Assembly (NCBI GenBank): GCA_951406725.2
Contig: OX597814.1
Span: 218,178,001 to 218,242,000, forward strand
DNA: 64,000 nt
Source: Octopus vulgaris
Lineage: Eukaryota
Reading direction: 5' to 3'
In this document: in pieces, positions 13,001 to 24,929 of the stretch
How the letters are laid out: each line of letters starts with the position of its first letter
Numbering within the stretch: the first letter of the stretch is position 1
The notes under the pieces: model-generated
What the model saw: the letters and a program-made list of their open reading frames with translations, nothing else
Told to the model about the DNA's origin: nothing
The model's database searches: none
Translations under genes and position numbers: made by a program

Positions 13001-13417
13001 TAAAAAGCACCATCCGAACGTGGCCGTAGCCAGCGCCGACTCGACTGGCTTCTGTGCCAGTGGCACATAAAAAGCACTATCTGAACGTGGCCGATGCCAG
13101 CGCCGCCCCGACTGGCTTCTGTGCCAGTGGCACATAAAAAGCACCATCCGAACGTTGCCAGCGCCGCCTTGGCTGGCACGTTAAAAGCTCCAACCGATTG
13201 TGTACGATGCCAGACACCCCCCCCTGTCACCTGTGCAGGTGGCACGTAAAAAGCACCCACTACACTCGCGGAGTGGTTAGCGTTAGGAAGGGCATCCAGC
13301 TGTAGAAACTCTGCCAGATCAGACTGGAGCCTGGAGCAGCCCCTGGCTTCCCAGACCCCGGTTGAACCATCCAACCCGTGCTAGCGCGGAAAACGGACGT
13401 TAAACGATGATGATGAT
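10020..13417 (+). mobile_element. Near full-length RTE-clade LINE (APE endonuclease + RT), disrupted; lies in a PAE-gene intron, antisense
   Basis: FRVGTVNVGTLKGR...VCCIQEVRW; 531-aa ORF 10485-12080 with QFGFVPGRST, DLEKAFD, HQGSALSP, LLYADDL; tandem 3'UTR units; tail gcgttaggaagggcatcc...(gat)n; endonuclease deletion near 10357 and several frameshifts. Confidence 0.95.
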
Positions 13418-13985
13418 TGAAATCTAAAATAATCTGTAAACCAGGCATCTTTGTCCATTTCCCTTTTTCATTATCTGTTAATTCTAAATTAGACACCGTA
13501 TTGTTTGAATAAGGATAGCAGAGTTCACTGTAACTGGAATGCAACTGGTTTGACTTAGCCAATCCCTGCTAGAATGAAAATGAACAACAATGTAAAGGAA
13601 GGGCAGATGAACAATATAGAATTACAAAGTTTACATAATCTACCACTGAAAACTATTATTTTTATAGTCTTTCCAACTTATTTTGTGAGAGGGTCCTGAA
13701 GGCCATTTCATTTGCCCTGCTTCAGAGCATAATACAATGGCTTTAGTAATGTTTAAAGTCATGACTAAGGGATCAACAGTATAGCTCATAGTAATTTCAC
13801 AGAAAAATTCTATTGTGACATGAGTTTTTTGATTTATAAAACTTGACACTTTTTCACTAAACAAAAGCAAAGACACAAACTAACATAACAATCAAAGCAA
13901 CATTTTAAAAGCTAAAATTTGACATTTCAATTTTTAAAATAGATAACAAAGGAAAACCTTTATCATATAGTTATTTAAAAAATCA

Positions 13986-14372
13986 GTGGAGGCGCAATGG
14001 CCCATTGGTCAGGGCAGCGGACTCGCGGTCATAGGATCGCAGTTTCGATTCCCAGACCGGGCATTGTGAGTGTTTATTGAGCGAAAACACCTAAATCTCC
14101 ACGAGGCTCTGGCAGGGGATGGTGGTGATCCCTGCTGTACTCTTTCATCACAACTTTCTCTCACTCTTTCTTCCTGTTTCTGTTGTACCTGTATTTCAAA
14201 GGGCCGGCCTTGTCACTCTCTGTGTCACGCTGAATATCCCCGAGAACTACGTTAAGGGTGCACGTGTCTGTGGAGTGCTCAGCCACTTACACGTTAATTT
14301 CACGAGCAGGCTGTTCCGGTGATTCGAATTCAACCGGAACCCTCGTCGTCGGAACCGACGGAGTGCTTCCAT
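13986..14372 (+). mobile_element. tRNA-derived SINE family B
   Basis: A/B-box-like head (tggcccattggtc...gtttcgattccc); TSD atttaaaaaatca; six further copies in the window. Confidence 0.9.
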
Positions 14373-14557
14373 CCCATTTAAAAAATCATAAAATATTAAA
14401 TTAAGAATGTTAAACAAAAAACCTTTCAATAAAAAAAATGATTCAAAATAAAATGCTTTCTGGAAAATGGTTAAATTACTGTTTTAGAATAGTCGTAAGA
14501 GAAAATGAAATGTGGATTTCCTCCAGTATTTCTTTGGCTAGAAAGAAATATCATAAT

Positions 14558-14990
14558 ATCATCATCATCGTTTAGCGTCCGTTTTCCATGCTAGCATGGG
14601 TTGGACGGTTCAACTGGGGTCTGTGAAGCCAGAAGGCTTCATCAGGCCCAGTCAAATCTGGCAGTGTTTCTACGGCTGGATGCCCTTCCTAACGCCAACC
14701 ACTCCGAGAGTGTAGTGGGTGCTTTTTACATGCCACCCGCACAGGTGCCAGACAGAGCTGGCAGAAGGCCACGGACGGATGGTGCTTTTTACGTGCCACC
14801 CGCACAGGTGCCAGACAGAGCTGGCAAACGGCCACGAACGGATGGTGCTTTTTATGTGCCACTGGCACGAGGGCCAGGCGAGGCTGGCAACGGACACGAA
14901 ACGGGGCGGTGCTGGCAACGGTCGCGAAACGGAAAGTTCTCTTACATGCCACCGGCACTGGTAGCACATCCGCAATTTCCATTGATCGAT
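14558..14990 (-). mobile_element. RTE LINE 3'-end fragment
   Basis: (atc)n tail, ggatgcccttcctaacgccaac motif, 3'UTR tandem units. Confidence 0.85.
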
Positions 14991-15280
14991 TTCGATTCTG
15001 ATCCTCACTTGCCTCATTACATCTTCACAAGTAGAGTTTTGTGTCCCAAGAAGGGAAGGTATGCATACGTAGGCTGGCTCCATCCCATGTAGAAGGCCAC
15101 GGGTTATAAAACATTCAAGAGACACATGTAAATGACATAAAACCATAAGACCTAGCTAATTTAAAATGTTACCATCTTCCACCTGACGCATACCAGCATG
15201 GAAAGTAGATGCCAAATGATGATGATGATGAGACAGAAATCACGAAGATAATTTTACCTGAGTAATAAGATCAAACTTAC

Positions 15281-15644
15281 CATTTCGAATATAATAACCT
15301 GCAGGTGATCCATCTAAGCAGAAAGCTTCTCGCTCTTTGGCAAAGTCTTCAGGAAGCACAACCAGCTCACCATCAGTATCACTCTCAGCATGGAAGCTGA
15401 CAAATGTGTTTCTTAGGTTGGATACAGTCCACACTACAAGCACAATTGTCACCAAGAGGATGACACATAAAAGCTGTATGTGACATCTTCTCAGTGTAAA
15501 TGTTGGCATGAGCAGATGAGGCCGATGTAAGGAAACCTTGGCTGGGACAAACATCATACATGACTCGGGGTGGAGCTGCCGTTGCAAAGAATGGTGAAGA
15601 ATTTTCCCAGAGAGAGGGGTTTTATCGACCTCTTGACAAGACAT
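15281..15644 (-). CDS. Pectin-acetylesterase/Notum-family hydrolase, first coding exon (probable type II TM anchor)
   Basis: Polypyrimidine acceptor ttttatatttgtttag|CG ATG; hydrophobic LLCVILLVTIVLVVWTV; AFCLDGSPAGYYIRN; donor G|gtaagt, phase 1. Confidence 0.88.
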
Positions 15645-15720
15645 CGCTAAACAAATATAAAAGAGAAAAATGTTTTGTTAGAAAACAAAAATAAAACTTG
15701 TGTAAAATATATATATATAT

Positions 15721-15932
15721 AGGCGCAATGGCCTAGTGGTTAGGGCAGCGGACTCGCGGTCGCAGGATCGCGGTTTCGATTCTCAGACCGGGCGTTGTGT
15801 GTGTTTATTGAGCGAAAACACCTAAAAGCTCTACGAGGCTCCGGCATGGGGTGGTGATCCCTGCTGTACTCTTTCACCACAATGGCGGTGCCCCAGCATG
15901 GCCACAGCTCAAGAGCTGAAACTGGAAAAACA
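15721..15932 (+). mobile_element. SINE with a family-B head and a CR1-like tail
   Basis: ggcgcaatggcctagtggttagg head; ends atggcggtgccccagcatggccacagctcaagagctgaaac, matching the CR1 3' end at ~46245-46280. Confidence 0.8.
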
Positions 15933-15957
15933 AAAACAAAAAACAAATATATTGACA

Positions 15958-16203
15958 CGTTAAAATGCTCGAACCGATCGTGACGATGCCGGACCCTCCG
16001 GCCCCTGTGCAGGTGGCACGTAAAAAGCACCCAATCCACTCACGGAGTGGTTGGCGTTAGGAAGGGCATCCAGCCGTAGAAACTCTGCCAGATTCAGACT
16101 GGAGCCTGGAGCGGCCCCTGGCTTCCCAGACCCGGTCAAACCGTCCAACCCGTGCTAGCGCGGAAAGCGGACGTTAAACGATGATGATGATGATGATGAT
16201 GAT
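15958..16203 (+). mobile_element. RTE LINE 3'-end fragment
   Basis: gttggcgttaggaagggcatcc...ggacgttaaac(gat)n. Confidence 0.9.
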
Positions 16204-16227
16204 ATATATATATAGTTATGGAGTATG

Positions 16228-16452
16228 TTAACCTCTTAGTATTTAAACTGGTCATATCAGGTCCGAAATATTCTCCTTGATTTATGTTCAAACCAGCCAG
16301 ATTCAGACTCTCATGCAACCATACAGAGCTATTTTAAAAATATATAGTCACATCATTGAAATCTTGAAACGATGAGGTAATGCACGATTAATTCAAACCA
16401 ATTTCAATAAATACGTATGTTTGACAGAGTAATCTGAATGCTAAAAGGTTAA
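16228..16452. mobile_element. piggyBac-type MITE (family 2), degenerate
   Basis: TTAA-flanked; similar to 23225-23445. Confidence 0.65.
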
Positions 16453-17810
16453 AGAGAAAAAAGCCATTGTTTTTTAAACATTTCCTTGTTTCTATGATAA
16501 TCAACTGGCTTTATTAGGTTTTCTCAATAACAAAAGGAGAGAGAGAGAGATAAGAAAAGGGAAAATCCACACCAAACTCGTGTTCTGAATTTGGAAAAGG
16601 TAACAAAATGTTTATATCAAGAATTAAAAAAAAAAAAAAACCATTCAGAACAAATGATTTTAATTCAGTCCTTTTTCCTACCTTTCTCTGTTGCTTTCTT
16701 TCATACCCAGGTATTGCTTTAATGGATACATTTCCGCTTTATAAAGTTGCCATAAAACAAATTTGGTGGTTTAAGTATTTTTACTAAATGTTCATATCTA
16801 AAAAAGAATAAAACAAAATATATTGATCAACTTTGAATCTGAGAAATATGAAGAAGGACTTGTTCATTGATGACAACTGTTTTCTAATTCTGCAAAGAAT
16901 TTTTTAAAAAATTGCTTTCAAGGTGATATAAGGAATTGCCTGAAGAATGTAATGAGAATGAAAGAATAGTAACAATAGGAATAATTTTACAATAGAAGAT
17001 TTGACTGAAATCAAAAACAGTTGGTATGTTGGCAGGAAACTGCATGACTGTTTTAATGCAGATTTCTACCAACATACCAAAGCAAAAAAAGAAACTAAAT
17101 GATGCTAATGATCAAAAGAATGTTTAGAATGAGCGTATATTATGCTATCAACACCAGACTTCTCTAACCTAGATAAAGCTTTATTTTGAGTTGCTGCTCT
17201 CTCAGATGGATTACCTTCCAGGTAGATTGATGAGTTGGCATCTCTAAATGCAAGTTGCAGCTTCAGTATTGCGAGACGTGATGCCTTTTTCTTTTTTTTT
17301 TTTTACCTAAGAAAAGATAACTCCAGGTGTTGAGATAGTGACTGGTTTCTGTCTTTTTAAGCAGATATTAATTACTAGTGCAAAATGACAGACTGCATGA
17401 AACATAAATTAGGTGGGGGTTTTTTTTTTCTTCTTTTTGGCTTAGTCAAAACTAAAAGAGCAATACCTATGACTGTGCAGGGTCTCCATGACTAAATATT
17501 ACTACAGTAAGCAGCTGTACATTGCAAGATATTGAGTTATCTGTAAACTGGGGATCTTGTTTAAATCATTGCAACAGTGATAAAAGCACCCAGGGGCTAG
17601 GAGATGGTGTTAAACCAAGCAATGAAGATAGCCAAGAGATAGTGTAGAGTGTGATGACCTTCCATATAATTTCTGTTTATCCAGTTTCACATAAGGCTTC
17701 AACTAAGGTAGAGATGATACTTATCCAAGGTGGAGAGCAGTTAAATTGATTTCAGAACTGTAGCTATGAAGCAAACTTTTTAACTACATGGCCATGCTTT
17801 GTTCCATATA

Positions 17811-18685
<875 letters not shown>

Positions 18686-18689
18686 ACCC

Positions 18690-19148
18690 ATTAAGCCAAG
18701 TGAGATCATAGTTGTGGTTGATGTCAGTGTCGCTGAACTGGCATGTAAAAAACACCCGTTGAACATTGGGTGATCTGCTGTGCTAGAGAAGACCGGTCAA
18801 GCCAAGTGAAATTGTAGTCATGGCCAATATCAGTTGTGTGTGACTGGCACCCATGCCAATGATGCATAAAAAGCACTGTTCAAATGTTGAGCCTCATGGA
18901 GGCAGTGACAGGTGACTGAGACCTTTGGCAATATACCGTGCTCGAGAAGACCTGTCAAGTCAAGTGAGATCATACTTGTGGCTGGTGCCAGTGTCATGTA
19001 AAAAAACATCCACTACACTCTGGAAGTGTTTGGCATTAGGAAGGGCATCCAGCTGTAGAGACCATACCAAATCAGACTGGAACCTGGTGCAGCTCCCCAG
19101 CTTACCAGTTCTATCAAACTGTCCAACATGGAAAATGGACATTAAATT
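18690..19148 (+). mobile_element. Degraded RTE 3'UTR/tail fragment
   Basis: gagaagacc..caagccaagtga repeats and ggcattaggaagggcatccagc. Confidence 0.75.
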
Positions 19149-19454
19149 ATGAGTGTGGAAACCTTTTGATACCATCTCGTATATGAAAGCACATAGTATA
19201 TGAAATGTAAGCATTGCACGTAGTACTCTCAGCGATGAAAGGAAATGAATATTATCTGTTAAATATGCAATATCAACTTGCATGGAAAATGGAATGTAAC
19301 TTAACTGAGAGGGTGGGTGCTGGATGTTGAAAGCATCAGCCAATGATTGCAGGAAAGGCAGGAGCATTGGTATAGGCAAATGTTAACTTGTCTAACTCTG
19401 ACTACAGGATCTCTTGAGAATGGAATATTGGAGACATTACCTGCATCTACAACA

Positions 19455-19858
19455 CTCTCTTTTACTCGTTTCAGTCATTTGACTGCGGCCATGCTGGAGC
19501 ACCGCCTTTTAGTCGAGCAATTCGATCCCGGGACTTATTCTTTTGTAAGCCCAGTACTTATTCTATCGGTCTCTTTTGCCGAACTGCTAAGTGACGGGGA
19601 CATAAACACACCAGCATCGGTTGTCAAGCAATGCTAGGGAGACAAACACAGACACTCAAACACTTACACATATATATATATATATATATACATATATACG
19701 ACAGGCTTCTTTCAGTTTCCGTCTATCAAATCCACTCACAAGGCATTGGTCGGCCCGGGGCTATAGCAGAAGACACTTGCCCAAGATGCCACGCAGTGGG
19801 ACTGAACCCGGAACCATGTGGTTGGTTAGCAAGCTACTTACCACACAGCCACTCCTGC
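19455..19858 (-). mobile_element. tRNA-derived SINE family A (CORE-like segment, central microsatellite, CR1-like tail)
   Basis: gcaggagtggctgtgtggtaag...ggttcagtccc...cttgggcaagtg; central (TA)n; tail ggcggtgctccagcatggccgcagtcaaatgactg. Confidence 0.9.
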
Positions 19859-20462
19859 TAACTAAAATGTGTTAATTATACAATGATCCTGCTTCTTACA
19901 TTGAACTTACTTATAACTAGTGGACAGAGCCAGTGAGAAATGTTGTCTTGGTTACAACACATTACTGATGGGATATGAATTGTTGATATTTTAGCAAGTG
20001 GTCCAACACACCATCAGCTTAGTTGTGATTCTAAGCTTCTCATGTGCCAGAAAGGCATTCTGCATTTCTTAGTCTTCAATAATATAAACTACAGAATTCT
20101 TTTTTCTTATCTGCTCTCACTTTTCAATGTTATTGTTCATTGCTGTGTTAACAAGTGTTAGATAAATTAGAAGCATTCCAATAATAGAAAAAAAGGAGGG
20201 GGGGGGGAAAGAAAAAGTAGATAAAAAAAACAAAAAACATTAAATGATAGAAGTGAAGTGGAATCAATACTGCAAAAATAGTCCAAATAGTAGAATAAAT
20301 TTTATTGTGATAATGAAGAGAAATCAAAGGGTTTGGGTAGAACCATTTGAGAGAGAGAGAGAGAGAGAAAGAGATAGAGATAAAATCTCAACTGGTTTTG
20401 TAAGATAAATAAATCAAAACAGACTTCCCTTTTTCCTCATTATGTAAAATCTATTCCACAAT

Positions 20463-20862
<400 letters not shown>

Positions 20863-21297
20863 GGCATAGTTTCGGTTGTAGTAGCACAGATTTCCGTCGA
20901 TTTCCGTAAAAAACTTTTTTATTTTTTTACATAAGTAATGAGAGCGAAAGAGACTAAGAGGAAGCGATTTTACGACGAGAAGGTTTCACTTTGAAGTCGG
21001 CCTGTGTGTGTTTGATGGGGTGTGGGAGACAGACAGTATGTTGTGTAAGTGAAGTGCTTCTGTTAGTGTGTGCGAAGAGACAGAGAGAGTAATGTGTGAA
21101 AGAGAGAGATAACTGATTTTTTTACTCGGTGTATGTGTATATGTATGTATGCATGTATGTGTGTGTGTGTGTGTATGTATCTATGTATGTGTGTGTGTTT
21201 ATGTATGTATGTATGTATGTATGGCCGATTCATCGTAATTTTTTACTCGGTGTATGTGAATATGTATGTCTGCATGTATGTGTGTGTGTGTAAGTAC

Positions 21298-21333
<36 letters not shown>

Positions 21334-22155
21334 ATGGCCGATTCAGTGTTTACATTATTTCGAATTAAAACGAAAGATTACCTTGCGGCGCCTGTTTATG
21401 TAACAGTCTGCTATGTAGAAAATAATGAGGTTGACTCAATGGAATAATGACAGTGATCGAAGATATAGACAAAATTTTTTTTATTTAATCGTTATACATG
21501 CCTTGTCGACTGCTACTGTGCAGCCTTAATGTCTCTGTTGATGTGACGATGGTGAAATGGTAAGAAAAAGATGGGAGAGTTATAAAATGAGGAGATATTC
21601 TTCTCATGAGAAAAGAGTTGCATTCAAAGGAAAAAAAAAGTTAATAGTCTATAGAGGTGCACAGAAACTGGGTGCAAGCATGCATATATATGCATGTGTA
21701 AACATTGTGTTGTGCAGCAAAAGGAACGAACAGTACAAAATGTGTAAGGAAAAGTGACAAAATCCGATTGGTAATGTTCTGTGTGAAAAGTCTATGCCGG
21801 CCATACATACATACATACATACATAAACACACACACATACATAGATACATACACACACAGACATACATATGCACACATACATACACATACACCGAGTAAA
21901 AAATCAGTTATCTCTCTCTTTCACACATTACTCTCTCTGTCTCTTCGCACACACTAACAGAAGCACTTCACTTACACAACATACTGTCTGTCTCCCACAC
22001 CCCATCAAACACACACAGGCCGACTTCAAAGTGAAACCTTCTCGTCGTAAAATCGCTTCCTCTTAGTCTCTTTCGCTCTCATTACTTATGTAAAAAAATA
22101 AAAGTTTTTTACGGAAATCGACGGAAATCTGTGCTACGACATACGAAACTTCGCC
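20863..22155. mobile_element. Foldback / non-autonomous DNA transposon with ~360-bp TIRs (Merlin-like termini)
   Basis: 20863-21227 is the near-perfect reverse complement of 21798-22155; termini GGCATAGTTTCG / CGAAACTTCGCC; flanked by gatgatga. Confidence 0.85.
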
Positions 22156-22242
22156 GATGATGATGATGATGATGACGATGACGATGACGATGATGATGAT
22201 GATGATGACGATGACGATGACGATGATGATGATGATGATGAA

Positions 22243-22284
<42 letters not shown>

Positions 22285-22333
22285 GATGATGATGATGATG
22301 ATGATGATGATGAAGATGATGATGATGATGATG
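22156..22333 (+). repeat. (GAT)n microsatellite
   Basis: Directly visible. Confidence 0.97.
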
Positions 22334-22667
22334 AATAATTTGTCAGTGCAGAAGATTTTTTTCTCACATATTCAACTGTTTTACTATAGAAGCCTTTGCC
22401 TTGTTAATGCTTATTTTCCTAATTTCTTAATCCTAATCTCAAAAACGTTACCATTCTAGAGTAAGCATAAGTATAGTTGATTAACTAGGACTTTGTTATA
22501 GTTCTATAACTCAGCAGTTTAAGAATCAGTGTCTTTGAACCTAAAATGGAATGGAATGAAGAAACCATGGTGAGGCACTAAATTACTGGCTTTAGGAATG
22601 AAACTGAGTCTGATGACTAATCTGTTTGGAAATTTGATCAGGGTCAACTGGTGGTGGTGACCCCCTT

Positions 22668-22986
22668 CGGTCAGACACTGACCATGGGTTTGCACCTAGA
22701 GATTTACCCTCTGAGGCACAAGTCTGGGCAAGGTTGTTTTATGGAAGACCATCAGTCGCCCATGCATACCGGCCTCCCCTCTCCACGTCACCGATATTAT
22801 CCAAGGGAAAGGCAGATACAGCTTGGCACCTGTGACGTCGCAACTCATTTCTACAGCTGAGTGAACTGGAGCAACGTGAAATAAAGTGTCTTGCTCAAGA
22901 ACACAACACGCGCCCCGGTCCGGGATTCGAGCTCACAACCTCACGATCGTAAGCTCGACGCTCTAACCACTGAGCCACATGCCTTC
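22668..22986 (-). mobile_element. tRNA-derived SINE family C
   Basis: Head tggctcagtggttagagcgtcg...gctcgaatccc; cttgagcaagacact core-like segment; TSD cagggtcaact; relatives at 40370-40698 and 56555-56886. Confidence 0.85.
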
Positions 22987-23224
22987 AGGGTCAACTAAAT
23001 ATATAAATAGACCATAGTCCTAATGAAAAACTTTCCTAGTTTTCAGTAACAATAATCAGTGTTTCAGGTTGAATACCTATTTACATAAGAAGTGTAACTA
23101 CCTGAATCACACCTGAATCCTGACACTATGTGACATCACATAGACCCTATTATCAATAGTGTAACATTGATTGTTTAAGGAGCTTGTCCAGAGTTTCTGC
23201 AGTGTGTTTAAAAAACAGCTTTAA

Positions 23225-23445
23225 CCCTTTAGCATTTAAACCGGCCATATCCGGCCAAAAGTATTCTACCTGTTTTATGTTCAAACTGGCCAGATCTGGT
23301 CTCTCACACCAACCCTATAATATCGTTTTAAAAATTAACAGCTACCTCATCAAAATCTCATAGCTCCAAGATAATGCCTGATTAGTTCAAGGGAATGTTG
23401 ATAAAAAAGGATTAATTTGGGCAGAATAATGCGAACACTAAAGGG
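23225..23445. mobile_element. piggyBac-type MITE (family 2)
   Basis: TTAA|ccctttag ... ctaaaggg|TTAA; related copy at 27673-27901. Confidence 0.8.
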
Positions 23446-23660
23446 TTAAGGGCCCTCTTTAATACATGACAAAGTCTGAGGATGAGCTCCATAAACTATC
23501 AATTAGATGTTCATTAACCACTTGATTGCCAGCCCAAACAGGACAAGGTGGTACCTCTACTTGATGCCATCTGAAAACCAAATGACTTCTCTCTTGTATG
23601 CTACTGATTCCTTAAAAGAAACCAAGTTTACCATGGTAGCTATGTTAATAGCAAGATGTG

Positions 23661-24031
23661 TGGAAGCACTCCGTCGGTTACGACGACGAGGGTTCCGGTT
23701 GATCCGAATCAACGGAACAGCCTGCTCGTGAAATTAACGTGTAAGTGGCTGAGCACTCCACAGACACATGTACCCTTAACGTAGTTCTCGGGGATATTCA
23801 GCGTGACACAGAGAGTGACAAGGCCGGCCCTTTGAAATACAGGTACAACAGAAACAGGAAGTAAGAGTGAGAGAAAGTTGTGGTGAAAGAGCACAGCAGG
23901 GATCACCACCATCCCCTGCCGGAGCCTCGTGGAGCTTTAGGTGTTTTCGCTCAATAAACACTCACAACGCCTGGTCTGGGAATCGAAACCGCGAGTCCGC
24001 TGCCCTAACCACTGGGCCATTGCGCCTCCAC
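23661..24031 (-). mobile_element. SINE family B
   Basis: Matches 13986-14372; TSD taatagcaagat. Confidence 0.9.
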
Positions 24032-24181
24032 TAATAGCAAGATACTGGTTTACTTGCTTCAGTCACTGAACTCCAAACATTCTGGAACACATCCTTCAAG
24101 GGTTTTAGTTGAGCATAGAAACCTCATTACTTATTTTATCTACTTTTACAGAGTGGCAATGTTACTTTCTGAACAGTAAAT

Positions 24182-24573
24182 GGCGCAGGAGTGGCTGTGT
24201 GGTAAGTAGCTTGCTAACCAGCCACATGGTTCCGGGTTCAGTCCCACTGTGTGGCATCTTGGGCAAGTGTCTTCTGCTATAGCCCCGGGCCAACCAATGC
24301 CTTGTGAGTGGATTTGGTAGACAGAAACTGAAAGAAGCCTGTTATATATATGTATATATATATATGTATGTGTGTCTGTGTTTGTCCACCTAGCATTGCT
24401 TGATAACCGATGCTGGTGTGTTTATGTCTCCGTCACTTAGCGGCTCGGCAAAAGAGACCAATAGAATAAGTACTGGGCTTACAAAGAATAAGTCCCGGGG
24501 TCGATTTTCTCGACTAAAAGGCGGTGCTCCAGCATGGCCACAGTCGAATGACTGAAACAAGTAAAAGAGTAAA
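24182..24573 (+). mobile_element. SINE family A
   Basis: Full head-to-tail match to the other family-A copies. Confidence 0.9.
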
Positions 24574-24929
24574 ATGCCAAATACAAACATGGACATTGAT
24601 GCATAAACTCATTCACACATATACAGAACTGGCTTCTGCACTGTTTCTGCCGACCAGATTTGCTCATAATGTATTACTTAACATTGTAAGTAGAAGGTAT
24701 TTGTCCAAGGTGCAATATAGGGTTATGGAATCGGAAGCCATTATTGGGTACAATTTTAGTGACTCCACATCAAAATTTCTAATTTCAGATATTAATATGA
24801 CTATTTTCTGTACTGGAAATAATCAAATCAAATTTAAGGTCTTCTATAAAGGAGGAGCTGGTAGAAGAAAATCAATGCTTGCTTGGCTTGATGGATCTTC
24901 TCAAGCGTGACATAATGCTTAAAGGTCTC

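Noticed and set aside
13640-13876. 78-aa ORF as an extra PAE exon
   Set aside because: Exons 1 and 2 already join in phase with a contiguous motif order, and the ORF shows no family similarity.
13986-14060. tRNA genes at SINE heads
   Set aside because: A/B boxes are present but continue into multi-copy SINE bodies with TSDs; no complete cloverleaf.
6738-15644. Assigning the symbol NOTUM
   Set aside because: Diagnostic motifs are PAE-type rather than Notum-type, and orthology is untested.
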